Part shown: positions 1 through 14,000 of the stretch, in pieces | Layout: each line of letters starts with the position of its first letter | Position numbering within the stretch: position 1 is the first letter of the stretch | Notes under the pieces: model-generated | The model's input: only the letters and a program-made list of their open reading frames with translations | The model's database searches: none | What the model was told of the DNA's origin: nothing | Made by a program: the position numbers and the translations under genes | Assembly (NCBI GenBank): GCA_012295275.1 | Contig: CM022679.1 | Coordinates: 26,102,001-26,166,000 of the forward strand | Length of the DNA stretch: 64,000 nucleotides | From: Chrysomallon squamiferum | Taxonomy: Eukaryota; Animalia; Mollusca | Reading direction: 5' to 3'

Positions 1-809
1 TTATTTTAGACGCATCAAATATTATGCACGATCAGTCATATTGTGAAAATTAGTTCATTCATGGGTGATAAATTCTTAATACACTAGTTTGGTCATCTAA
101 TATGTAATTTTCCCCATTATATTTAGTAATAATTGTATTAAATTTCTCTTGCAAATTATCGTAAAATCAAAAATTTCGTATCGAAACTTTTAATCATCTT
201 TAAGTCCATTTAAATATAATTGAATCTAATAAATAATGAAAAGAAAATTTTGCTAAATTATTTACTGGTGAACAAAGTATGAAATATACTTTTGTATTAT
301 TTTTTTATAAAATTTTCAATTTTGTAAATAAAAATACATTACTTTGAATTGCTGTATCTCTTGATCACTGTTCCGTATACAACATGACATTATATATTTA
401 TATATAATTTATGTTGTATATATATAGTCATAATTTGACACATCTACTTATAATGCTAAATATAAACATGTCTGTCTGCCTATCTATCTGTCTCTGTGTA
501 TGTTTGTGTGTTTGTGTCCGTGTGTATGTGTCTATATACAGTGTATATATATATATATAATATTCTAATGTATGTATGTATGTGTATGTATATATATATA
601 TACAGTGTGTGTCTGTGTTTGGATGTGTGTAATGAGTGTATGTAATTCGCATACGTAATGTTTGTTTGTATTTATATTTACTGTATGAGTAAAACAGTCA
701 TTCTCATACAAATCAGTCTAGTCACTTTACTAAAACTGATACCTATTAAACTTGCATGCAAAATTTTCCTCTTAATCTGCAGGGTCTCGCTACTGTTAAA
801 CATGTAAAT

Positions 810-1280
810 TAAATTTTATCGTTAAATTTAAAGTTTACATTTTACATATATTCTGCAGGATACCGTAGCATAAATGAATTTACCATTAATCATTTACATT
901 CAAATTACGTTAGAAATCGTACATTACCTTTGGCTTTCAGACCTGAACATCAGTTTTTACTATTGAATTTCTACGTTACATTTTAACGTTAAATTCCTAC
1001 TTTATATTTTGACGTCATATTTATACTTTACGTTTTGAAGTTAAATGTGTAATTTATGGTTTGACGTCATATATGTGCTTTAAAGTTTTGACGTTATATT
1101 GGTACTTTACATTTTACTGTTATACTTGTGTATTACATTTAGTTCTTAAACTTGTGCACTAATTTTACAGCTGAAATTGAATACCATATTATATCCATTG
1201 AACACGTACACGCACAATTAAAATTAAATATTTGCATATTATATTCTTAACAATAAAGTAGCCTATTAAATTTTACCTTT
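810..1280. repeat. Degenerate ~26-bp minisatellite (approximately TTTTGACGTTAAATTTGTACTTTACA)
   Basis: Related units start at about 955, 981, 1007, 1033, 1059, 1086, 1112 and 1138. The edges are decayed, so boundaries are approximate. Confidence 0.7.
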
Positions 1281-1394
1281 AAATTCATATATTCGTATAA
1301 AAAATTGTCTTTAATTAGCATGACAGAAGAGTTTTTAAAATGTATAATAATAATAATAATTGTTATGTTTTTAAAATTATTTCGTTGTTCCTGC

Positions 1395-1397
<3 letters not shown>

Positions 1398-1465
<68 letters not shown>
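1398..1465. repeat. (TAT)n microsatellite
   Basis: Pure trinucleotide run, followed by a pyrimidine-rich low-complexity tract at about 1560-1880. Confidence 0.9.
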
Positions 1466-1466
<1 letters not shown>

Positions 1467-1807
1467 TAAGCAATTTCTTCATTCTTTTATTTTCTCACTT
1501 TATATTTTTCTTTGCTTCATTTTACAAAAGGAATTATTCCTTATTCCATTTTTAGTATTTTTCTTTTTTCGTTCTTTCTTTATTTCTTTTCTTTCTTTCT
1601 GTTCTTCCTTCACTTTCCTTGAATCTTTGTTTCTTTTTTCCTTCTTTCATCCGTATTCTTTTTTCTTTTTCCTTCCTTTTGCCTTTCCTTTTCTTCTTTT
1701 TTCCTTCTTTCTATCTTTTCTTTTCCTTCCTTCCACCCTTCCTTCTTTCTTTCTTTTTTCCTTCCTTCTTTTTCATTCTTTCTGTTTTCCTTCTATCCTT
1801 CCATCCT

Positions 1808-1839
<32 letters not shown>

Positions 1840-2335
1840 AACTCTTCCTTTTAAAACTTTTCTCTTTCGCCTTCTTCTAATATACACGTCAGCAAAATGG
1901 TGTCTAATTTTAACCCTATTATTACGCAAGCTGGTATCCACGTGATTCCCAACCAGCCAGATACACTGACGCTAAATTATACAACAAAGCGTGATGAATA
2001 ATGTATACTATATAAATAATAATCGAAGAGATAAGACAGTTTGTAGCCATGAATTTTTAAACGAAGGTAATGACACACGCGTGTTAGATAGCGCCTTGTA
2101 AGAGTAAGATCATATTGCGTGTGTTTTCTCTGTGTGATTGTTAGTTTCTTTTTGATTTATTAATTGATGAGCGTATCTGCTTATTCTTTTCTCGCTCTTT
2201 GTTTCGTTCGTTCGTTCTTTTCTTTATTTCTTTATTTGCTTTTGATAGATCTGTCTGTCTGTTTCTTTGTCTCTGCCTAATTATTTATTTACTTATTTAT
2301 TTATTTATTAGGATATATCTGTCTCTTTTTCTCTT

Positions 2336-2340
<5 letters not shown>

Positions 2341-2376
<36 letters not shown>

Positions 2377-2390
2377 CATCTATTTATCTA

Positions 2391-2462
<72 letters not shown>

Positions 2463-2545
2463 GTATCTATCTATCTATCTGCCTGTCTGTCTGTCTGTCT
2501 TTTTAATTATATGTCTGTCTGTCTATCTGTCTCTGTCTGTCTGTC
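2341..2545. repeat. Compound (TA)n/(TCTA)n/(TCTG)n microsatellite
   Basis: Directly visible. Confidence 0.9.
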
Positions 2546-2717
2546 AACCTATCTATTTTATTTAATAAGGGCACTAAAACTACATTAGTACGAAAAAGAA
2601 AAGCTTAGGAAAATAAAAGGTTAAAAGTATCATCAAGTTATCTCAACTAACAGATCAGAATCATATTTTATGACTTCCTGTCCCTATTTTTTATTTTTAT
2701 TTATTAATAAACATGTT

Positions 2718-2720
<3 letters not shown>

Positions 2721-2810
<90 letters not shown>
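2721..2810. repeat. (TC)n microsatellite
   Basis: About 90-bp pure run. Confidence 0.95.
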
Positions 2811-2816
<6 letters not shown>

Positions 2817-3365
2817 TTTGCGTGTGAAACAGTAATATCGTTTATTTAATAATACTTCACTCTCACACACATATGTAACATACACACACACACACACACA
2901 CAGAAATGAGTTGCAGATTTCACAACCATTAACTTTCGGCATGGCGATATTTAATACATGCATACTTCTGTCGAAAATCGACGATACATTATACTGCTAT
3001 TTTCAGCGTTTGTAACCAAAGTATTATTAATGACGCGTGCAGTGTTTTGTGTATCGTCACTTGTAACACCGGTCGCATGTGTACTAATCTCTCGTACACA
3101 CAACACAAAAATCAAAAAAACTGAAACAAACACAGTTTTCGCTTGCTGCATTTTCTCATGATCTCTGAGAGGCTCTTGTAATTCTGCAGGAACCGAACGC
3201 ATCTTGTGAGAAGAGAAGAGCTTGTGTTTCGTTCGTGTCTGATTACATTTTGAACGAATACTTCTCGTAATGTGTTTATGCTGTAAAGATGTTTATGCGG
3301 TGTTAATGCGGGCTCGTTACGGTTACGTTGAAAGTTTTCGAAAATAAATTTAGAAGAAAGTAAAG

Positions 3366-3372
<7 letters not shown>

Positions 3373-3447
<75 letters not shown>

Positions 3448-3458
3448 CGAACGAACGA
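3373..3458. repeat. (GA)n microsatellite followed by (ACGA)n
   Basis: Directly visible. Confidence 0.95.
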
Positions 3459-4318
3459 GATTGTGTATGAGATTGCATATCTGTGGCTCCATATGTCTGT
3501 CTGACTGTACGCATGTGTGAATGTACGGAGGGACGGAGGGATCATTACATGTGCATATGGCACAACACACTCTCCCCTGACGCAACTTGACAGAAGAGAT
3601 ACATAAACAGTAAGCGTGTAACTCAATACTAAATACCCGACACATGTGAGAGAGTATATGTGTTGTGTGTGTGTGTGTGCATTTCAACGCATTTCGCAGT
3701 GTCACAATGTGCTAACAAAGGTTGATTAATGGCGCAAAAATGAGGTGATACAAACCCATTGTACTCTCTCCACAATGACATCAGTCTAAGTGTATAAATT
3801 AACTTGCAACAGTAAACGTTGGAAAGGATGACATGCCGGTTTTAGTTTTAGTTTTTTTTTGTTTTGTGGCTGTTTAGAAACTTGTACTATTTCAGTGTTG
3901 TGTGTTGTTGCACAAAGAACAAGGTAGAAGCAGCTGTTGGTAACAGAGAAATTAATTACAGAACCTTCGGCCTCACTGACTGCTTTGTTATCTCACAATG
4001 GGAAGCAAGCCAAAAGAATACATTTTTGCATATACGTTTATAGATATGCAGTTATATAAGTGATTCACGTTCGCACATAAACATGTATTTATTCAGGTAT
4101 AGATGTACACGTATATTATTTGTCTGTCTATATGTCTGTCTGTCTGTTTGTGTCTGTGTCTATCTATCTATGTATTTATGTAAACATGCATAACGCACAT
4201 TAATACATATGTACATACATAGGCACATACATGCGTATTTACTTACATACTTATTCATACTTATTTATACATACATACATACATACATACACACACACAT
4301 ACATACGTACGTACGTAC

Positions 4319-4358
<40 letters not shown>

Positions 4359-5291
4359 CATACATAACTGTAGTGCAGGCTATTTCATTTGAAAGGAAAA
4401 GCTCAACCAAGCTGGTAAAATTTAATGGACCAATCACTGAGCCGCAAACGGCTGTGAAATTTGCCACTGTTAAGTGACTGCGCCGTAAAACCGTGGTAAA
4501 ACAGTGATCGTTTTACCACCTGCCGACTCAGACTCTGGTTAAATAATGATTATTATTTAATCACTGCGTCTTACGAGTCTGGTAACAATTTTGGTCGTCG
4601 AACGAACGAACGAACGAACGAACGAACGAATTCAGCGCGGAGACTGGTAACGTCATTTTTGTCCAACTGTCGCCTATTAATCAAGGTCGTGACCTTTTTT
4701 GCAGCGCGTATGAATACAATTAGCTGCGCCGCATCGCATGCAGGCTCATGTTCGTTGTGAATTAACGCGTGACGTGAAACTGCCGTGAGTTTTAATTTTG
4801 AGATTTCGTTTCATTAGTCATTTGTGTAATTGTCATCGTTTGCAACATCAGCAGTGATGACGTAATTGACATCGTTGTAACACATCAGCTGTCGTGATGT
4901 GATGGCAAATGTAAACAGACTGGGTCAAAAAAATTTTGTTTTAACGTTGAACTCTGGTGTCTTCTTTTACTGTTGTTTGTGTTGTTTCAATAAAGTGGTG
5001 ACAGCTGCTGTGGTCGTTGTAGTAATTTGTTGCTGTAGTAGATTGAAGTAGAATTCGTGGTAATAGTTGTTGATTGTTTTTATTCTTTAATAAAATGGAA
5101 GCAGCGAAAAAAAAAAAAAAAAAAAATACTGTTATTAACAAAATGTAACCGATGATCAAAATAACAAAAATATCTTTTTCCTCTTCTCAAATTATAATTT
5201 CGAGAATTTTGAAAATTTTTGCAATTAATCGAATAAAATAAATTAGATTAATCTTCCAGAAGAATTATTACATCAGTAAATTTAAAACAAT

Positions 5292-5354
<63 letters not shown>

Positions 5355-6299
5355 CATATTTATTTATTTTTAGATGTCAAAAAAACATCAAAATGCATGG
5401 CTCGTTACTTCACGAAACATTTTCCACATTTCGTAAATTTCGCGAAATTGGTAATCAAGATTTTAATAAAAAATATTATGGTTAGTTTTGACTGAGATAT
5501 TTTATCACTGACTATTAAGATGATATATATGACAGCAGGTGATACCTATATTTATGCTGTCTGTAAATCACAGGGTTTTTTGTGTTTTTTTTTGTTTTAT
5601 ATATTTTTTTACTCTTTTTTTTTATGTCTGGTAACTGCATCGTGATAAAACCAATACTGGTTGGGGAGAAAAAAAAAAAAAAAAAAAAAAACAATTAAAA
5701 ACAAATAACAACAAAAAACAACAAAAAAAGTTGTTTTAGAAATTTTACAGTTTAAGACTGAATTGAATACAACATTTAAAAGAATCAGAATTTCTGTGAA
5801 TGAACTAAAATCAGTTTCAGTTTGAACGTCATGGCGTCCGAAAAACTAAAATTTGGCTTTCGTTATTTCTTTTTCCTTTCATTTTCTATTCATTATTTCA
5901 TTCTTTCACAGACATTTTGTTTTTCGTTTGTTCTTTGTGTAATCACTTTTCGTTAATTTTTAAAAAAGATTTAGTCATTTTTAATTTATTCTTTCTTTAT
6001 TTAATTCTTTCTTCTATTCAGTTTCTTTTTCTTTCTCTATTCAATGTTCATTCATTCTTCTTTTTCTTTTTCCATTTCTTTTTTCTGTCGTTTTCTATTT
6101 CTTTTTTCTTTCATTCTCCTTTCGTTCTTTCCGTTTATCTTTATATATATATTTTTTTTTTATCCTCATTATTCTTTTGTCATTCTTTTTTCTTTCTTTC
6201 TAAGCTGTCAGTTCCTGTTGCATTCTTTAACATCCTGGTACGCTAATAGTACAATCCATGCTTTCACTGTCTTTATTTTGTAAATGAGATTAAATTCCT

Positions 6300-6335
<36 letters not shown>

Positions 6336-6964
6336 ATTTAAAAAAAACCCCAGTCTTGTAATTATCTACTTATTCTACCACTGTATTTAAGAATAAGATA
6401 TACGAGTAAAAGTTTATTAAGTTTAATAGCTAACGTTTTACCTCGTTCATCTCGAATATTCTGATTTTTTTATCACCTGAGAAGGTGGGCATTTCGTAAA
6501 CACAACGCCAGTAAATACTAAAAAAAATTTCACACGAAAAAAATAACGAGCGACTGTGCAAAGAGCGAGCAGACAAAAAAAATGACATTTTTCTTTCGCT
6601 GCCCGGGGGGTGGGGGGAGGGGGGAGGGGGTAGTGGTCCGTTTCACTTCACGTTCGATTTCGACGTTGGTGCGTTGTACACACGGGGAGACACTTCGCCA
6701 CGTTGTGACCTCAGCAACACAAACGGCTACTTCGCATGGGCACACAGCACGGTCAATTGAATGTGCAACGACGGCGTACATCGCAGTCGGCTGGGACAAT
6801 CTCCGCCGTCAGTTTAATGTTTACTAACAGTGTGAATTAGTTAGCTTAAAAAAAAAAAAAAAAAAAAGTCCCCACATGTTTTTATTAATGTTCCCTGGCT
6901 GTTGAGATACTATCAGCAAAAACTAGTTGAAAAGAGGAACACAACAATATCAAGTACTACGATC

Positions 6965-8967
6965 GTAAATAACTGTCATTTTATTAGTGTACTGGTAAAT
7001 AACTGTTATTTTATTAGTGTCCTGGTAAATAACTGTCATTTTATTAGTGTACTGGTAAATAAACTGTCATTTTATTAGTGTACTGGTAAATAAGTGTTAT
7101 TTTTATTAGTGTACTGGTAAATAACTGTCATTTTATTAGTGTACTGGTAAATAAGTGTTATTTTTATTAGTGTACTGGTAAATAGCTGTTATTTTATTAG
7201 TGTACTGGTAAATAAGTGTTATTTTTATTAGTGTACTGGTAAATAAGTTATTTTTATTAGTGTACTGGTAAATAACTGTTATTTTTATTAGTGTACTGGT
7301 AAATAAGTGTTATTTTTATTAGTGTACTGCTAAATAACTGTCATTTTATTAGTGTGTTGGTAAATAACTGTTATTTTATTAGTGCACTGGTAAATAACTG
7401 TTATTTTTATTAGTGTACTGGTAAATAACTGTTATTTTATTAGTGTCCTGGTAAATAAACTGTCATTTTCTTAGTGTACTGGTAAATAACTGTTATTTTA
7501 TTAGTGTACTGGTAAATAACTGTTATTTTTATTAGTGTACTGGTAAATAACTGTTATTTTATTAGTGTACTGGTAAATAACTGTTATTTTTATTAGTGTA
7601 CTGGTAAATAACTGTTATTTTTATTAGTTTACTGGTAAATAACTGTTATTTTATTAGTGTACTGGTAAATAACTGTTATTTTATTAGTGTGCTGGTAAAT
7701 AACTGTTATTTTATTAGTGTGCTGGTAAATAATTGTCATTTTATTAGTGTGCTGGTAAATAACTGTTATTTTATTAGTGTGCTGGTAAATAACTGTTATT
7801 TTATTAGTGTACTGGTAAATAACTGTTATTTTTATTAGTGTACTGGTAAATAATTTTTATTGTGTATTTTTATTTTATTAGTGTCCTGGTAAATAAACTG
7901 TTATTTTATTAGTGTATTGGTAAATTAACTGTTATTTTTGTTAGTGTACTGGTAAATAACAGTTATTTTTATTAGTGTACTGGTAAATAACTGTTATTTT
8001 ATTAGTGTACTGGTAAATAACTGTTATTTTTATTAGTGTACTGGTAAATAACTGTTATTTTTATTAGTTTACTGGTAAATAACTGTTATTTTATTAGTGT
8101 ACTGGTAAATAACTGTTATTTTATTAGTGTGCTGGTAAATAACTGTTATTTTATTAGTGTGCTGGTAAATAATTGTCATTTTATTAGTGTGCTGGTAAAT
8201 AACTGTTATTTTATTAGTGTGCTGGTAAATAACTGTTATTTTATTAGTGTGCTGGTAAATAACTGTTATTTTATTAGTGTACTGGTAAATAACTGTTATT
8301 TTTATTAGTGTACTGGTAAATAGCTGTTATTTTTATTAGTGTACTGGTAAATAACTGTTATTTTATTAGTGTCCTGGTAAATAAACTGTTATTTTATTAG
8401 TGTATTGGTAAATTAACTGTTATTTTTGTTAGTGTACTGGTAAATAACAGTTATTTTTATTAGTGTACTGGTAAATAACTGTTATTTTTATTAGTGTACT
8501 GGTAAATAACTGTTATTTTATTAGTGTCCTGGTAAATAAACTGTCATTTTATTAGTGTACTGGTAAATAAGTGTTATTTTTATTAGTGTACTGGTAAATA
8601 ACTGTTATTTTATTAGTGTACTGGTAAATAACTGTTATTTTATTAGTGTACTGGTAAATAACTGTTATTTTTATTAGTGTACTGGTAAATAACTGTTATT
8701 TTTATTAGTGTACTGGTAAATAACTGTTATTTTTATTAGTTTACTGGTAAATAACTGCTATTTTATTAGTGTACTGGTAAATAACTGTTATTTTTATTAG
8801 TGTGTTGGTAAATAACTGTTATTTTATTAGAGTACTGGTAAATAAGCGTTTTTGTATTAGTGTACTGGTTAATAAGTGTTATTTTATTAGTGTATTGGTA
8901 AATAAGTGTTATTTTATTAGTGTATTGGTAAATAACTGTTATTTTATTAGTGTACTGTAAATAACTG
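6965..8967. repeat. 30/31-bp minisatellite, about 65 copies, consensus GGTAAATAACTGTTATTTT(T)ATTAGTGTACT
   Basis: Directly visible head-to-tail repeat over about 2.0 kb with point variants (gtgct, gtcct, gtcatt) and T4/T5 length variation; no unique spacers. Confidence 0.98.
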
Positions 8968-9922
8968 GTATTATAAATGACTTTTTTTTAATTTCTGAAA
9001 GAATAACTAATGTTATAATGAAGATGATGATGATAATATATAATTATCATCATGATCATCATCATTATGATTTATGTCATTTCTATTGTTCTACTACTTG
9101 TATTTATCTACACTATTCAAAAAATATTCATTTACTTATTTTCTTTTTTAAATTCTTTTTAAATTTTTTATTTATTATTATTATTATTATTACATTAATT
9201 TTTAAACACAGACCAACATGCTTGTAACAAAAATAAAAAAAAAAATATTGAGTTAAAAAAAAAAAAAAAAAATTAGGAGAATATAAATTCAAAGTATTCT
9301 GGGAAATTTTTTTATTTTTTTTTTTTTTTTTTTTTCAGAACCAATGACTAATATAACCTCATCATATGAAATATCACATGAGAAATTAACAAGTGAAATA
9401 TACACGAGATATCTAACATCGTATAATCTTACTTTAATGCGCTGACAATATACATGGTGCGTGTATTGTCTGCTTAAACCTCTGAATAATGATGAGATGC
9501 TGTCTGACCGGTGCTGACGTGTCAAAGGAACGTCTTTCAACATCGACAGCGACGTCGTTAAGTTACACTACGTCTATGAATATTCATTTTGAAGTTATCT
9601 GCGCAATTTTGGCGAAAGCATCTTCTTTCTGGACCTTTATGATTTCCAAGATTGAAAATTAAAAATGTCTTGTATTTGAGTTGAGATGTTGGAAAATGAA
9701 GGAAAAATAAAATTATAATGATATAGATATTTGATGAAGCAATTTTCAAAAGTTGTAGTAGTAATAATAGTGGTAATTATAATAATAATTATAATAATAA
9801 TATCATAATAACAATTACAATAATGTTTTAATTTAATTTTAAATATTTGAATATAGAACATATGATTTGTAACTCTAAAAATGTATCGCAATAAACAAAA
9901 AAGAGAAAGATACAGATAGATG

Positions 9923-9927
<5 letters not shown>

Positions 9928-9996
<69 letters not shown>

Positions 9997-10155
9997 AACA
10001 ATAAAGCAAAATAACATTTACAAAAAGAAAAAAAAGGTCAACAAAACAACGAGGTTAACACAGAACAACGAGTTTCTTTAATTGCAGCTGTTCTTTTGAC
10101 GAAAACCTCACAGAAACAATGCTTTGTTTTAATATATGATTGGAATGTTTTACAT

Positions 10156-10226
<71 letters not shown>
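9928..10226. repeat. Oppositely oriented (GA)n at 9928-9991 and (TC)n at 10158-10226
   Basis: Two pure runs about 165 bp apart. Confidence 0.9.
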
Positions 10227-10231
<5 letters not shown>

Positions 10232-11528
10232 GTATCCATTTCTCTTTGTGTTGCCTGGAAACTGTTGCGCTAGATAATCGTGTTCATTTCAGGCAACTTG
10301 TGAATTATGTCGGTGACGCCTTACTGTTCTGTTTGATGCAGTGACCTGTTAAATCTCGCTAAATCTCGTTCTCGTCTTCTCGAATTGTTTCCAAAGCCGA
10401 GGATGACGGGATATCGTTGGCCTTCGTTGATTGATGTTTCTGAAAGTCGCAGAGATTAAAGCTGGTGTATTTATCTTCTTCTTCTTCTTTTTTTTTTTTT
10501 TTTTTTTTTTTTTCTGAATGCGGAAGTTTTGCTTCATTCTTTTCGTTAATAAAATCCAATATCAGGTTTTCTTTTCTTTTCTTTTTTTTCGCTTTATTCA
10601 GTGGAGATCTTTATCATTTTTAATTTTCTTTTTACTTTTAAATTTTATTTATGATTATAAATTTCTTTATTTTATTTTATTATTATTATTATTTTTTTAA
10701 TCTTATTTTCTATTTTTATTCTTCCTTTTTTAAAATTTTATTTACGATTATAATTTTTTTTTTCTGTCTCTTTTTAACGATTTTAATAATTAATCGGTCA
10801 TTCCTGTATATATATTTTGTTTAATTTTTTAAAACTTTTTAAAGGTGATAATTTAAACTGACTGTTTATAAATGGTCTTTGATTTTGTTTCCTTAATTAT
10901 TTATAGTCGTTTGAAAGACCTTAGATTTCTAAATTTTTTAATACCACGCTTTTTATTTACTTTTTTTTACTTTGATGTTAAATATTTGAAGGTTTCTTGT
11001 TTGTAGTAAAACATGTCTATGCATTTCTCTGTGTACATGCCCGCGTGTATGTATATATGTATCTATTTATGTGTGTGCATGTATGTATGTATGTATATGA
11101 AAAACAACAACAAACAAAAAAACAACAAACAAAAAAACAACAAAACAAATATTTTCTTTTCTTTCTCAGCTTTTCTTTCAAACAATAGATAAATCTTCAA
11201 AGCTATAAACAGATACTGTTGTAGTCGTTACAGTTTGACGTTGTTACGGTGTAACTTGATGTGGCCACGCTGCAGTTTGATGTCGTCATGGACAATTATG
11301 TGACATATTGAAATTAGCTTTAAATTACTCTGTCTGTGCGTGTGATGTGTGAACGGTGCGTGCATATGAATACATTACGTATTTAACTAAGTGTCTGAAC
11401 TATGACAGTAAAATACGCGTTTAAGAGACATAATGGTTAAGCTATCGGTCTAGTGTGTGCTAGGTCCCAGGCTCAAAACCGCTTATTCTTTCTTCAGAGA
11501 TATAACGTTACTTTTTATTTTTTTTTTA

Positions 11529-11568
<40 letters not shown>

Positions 11569-13404
11569 TATTATTATTATTATTATTATTTATTTTTTTT
11601 TTTTTTTTATTATTATTATTTTATACTTTTACAGTCTCTTATTTCTTTCTTTCTTATTTTAATTAATTAATTAATCTCTTCATTTATTTATTTGCTTATC
11701 TATCTGTCTATCTGTCTGTCTGTCTGTCTATCTATCTAACCATCAGAATATTCCCCAATCATCGTTAACATAATCATTAAATATACATTCTACCTTTTTC
11801 ACTAACAACACAACTTCTAAGCCTTATCAGTCCTCTATGATCTGAATACTTTCAAACGTCAACGTCAACGACAACTTTATTACGACGCCATATTATAAAT
11901 TTATGAACCCGACACGGCAACGACGTCTCCCCAGTGAACAATCCTTGACAAAGACAGTTTCATAATATCTACCATCTCCTCAACGACGTCATCATTACAA
12001 ATTTACCTTCTACCCGTTCCACTCCTATGTCATCAGCATAGGCTCTGATTTACTTCTGTTTTAGATCTGGACTGTGTAACTCGATTTCTAATTAATTGAA
12101 ATGATAAAATATTTGGTCACAGAAGTACAGCGTCTGTATTAGCATGAAAAAAAAAAAAGAATTACGCTGCATCAACGGCACAACGTCACAGCTGTGATGT
12201 TATTGACGAGATGTGATACGCGCTTGTCACTATATATATATATATATATATTTTTTATATTTTACGTTGAAAGCGTGCAAAAGATATATTTTGTGTATTT
12301 ATAAATATATATTTTTTAAATATTTGTTTCATGTTACAGCCATACAATGAATTTTTTTTTTTTTTTTGGTAGTGGTAGTAGTAGTAGTAATAATAACAAC
12401 AACAATAACAAAAAGTAATAAAATTTTATATTTTATTTCATGTTAGAGAATGGATGTTAATTCTATTTTTATCAGTATCGAAAGATAATAATAACAATAA
12501 CATAGGTGTGAATACACTAAAACTGAATGAAGCCTGGTATATTTTTAAACAGGATTCGTTGCGACGTTAAAATGTACTGAATCATATGTATAAACACAGG
12601 CACAAATATACACACACACATACATACATTTAAATGTACTTATTTATGTACACACATACATATTTGGTCGTAGATTCTCATCTATGCAATATAAAAACAA
12701 GTCCACACGTGACAAATACATGAGCACACCTACACATTTGTATATATATATATATATATATACAAATTAATATTAGTACACACACACACTCACTCGCACG
12801 CATTCGTACGCGCACACACACGTAAAGTCACACACAAAAATAAGTATAGCTTGACTCCCATAATGTTCACAAAAGGTTAGCTCACCCAGTTTCTAACTCC
12901 GCGCAGTTTAACATGACCTGCAGAGTGAGATTTCGTTTCGAATTAAAAGATTAACCTCGCACTTCATACTCTTGTTTGAATACATTAGCTCTAAGCGAGT
13001 CAGCGAGGTCGCGACAGTTTGTTAAAAAATCAAATAAAATCATTTTTTTCTGCTCCGTTTGTCACCGTACGCAAACTCTGTTCTCTCCGTCAGGGCTGCG
13101 TGTTTAAACAGAGCGTCACAAACAATCATTTACGATTTGAACGCATATCACCTTTCAGCAGTGTTATGAAACATTTTATGGTCACCGTTTTTTTTTTTTT
13201 TTGATAAAACGATGATAGTTTATTTAAAACTGGTTAACGGGAAATAATTCGTTGTATTTCGAGAAGATGACTTAATAATCATATAGAGAGAGAAAAAAAA
13301 AAAAAAAAAAAATCTAAATGTGCTGTTGATAATACTGTTGATATTTAACTTTGTATTTAGAGTGTGCCTAATCATATATTACTCAGTGACATAACATGTT
13401 ATCC

Positions 13405-14000
13405 AGATAATTCTAAATGTGTTGTATTTCTAAACATAACTTTATAGTATATATATATATATATATATATATACATTTAAATATAACAAATATTTTATAT
13501 CTAAATATACCTGCATACTACATTTCAATATGTTAATTTAAAACACATATTTCTAAATATATTAGTATTTATTTTTGTAAATATATTTGCATATAATTCT
13601 CTAAATACAACAATATATGTCGCTTCTGCAAATAACTACATATGATATTTCTAAATATAACTGAATGATAATTCTAATTATAACTGCAAATGACAATTCT
13701 AATTATAATTTTGCATATTTCTAAAAAGTGACTGTATATATTTCAAAATATAAAAATGTGTAAACATATTTGTATATAAAATTTTAAAACACAACTTTTT
13801 GAAATATAACTATTTACGATAATTCAAAAAATAATTGTATATCATTTTTCTAAATATATCTTTCGATGATATTTCTATATATAACAATATATATTTCTGG
13901 ACAGATTTATAACTAAAATTAACAGCTTATATTTCTTAAATATAATTGTGCTTATTCCAAAAACAGTGGAACATTATTTCTTAAATATAACAGAGTGTGG
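13405..14000. repeat. Degenerate AT-rich tandem repeat with recurring TTCTAAATATAAC core (~22-26 bp spacing)
   Basis: Core variants ttctaaatgt, ttctaaacataac, ttctaaatataac, ttctaattataac, ttctatatataac and ttcttaaatataac recur through the interval. Confidence 0.6.

Noticed and set aside
2721-3442. (TC)n...(GA)n pair as a MITE or foldback element (also 9928-10226)
   Set aside because: Complementarity is limited to simple repeats that are abundant throughout the window; no unique TIR or TSD.
6965-8967. 30/31-bp repeat with internal dyad as a CRISPR array
   Set aside because: Units are head-to-tail with no unique spacers, there are no cas genes, and the context is a spliced animal gene locus.
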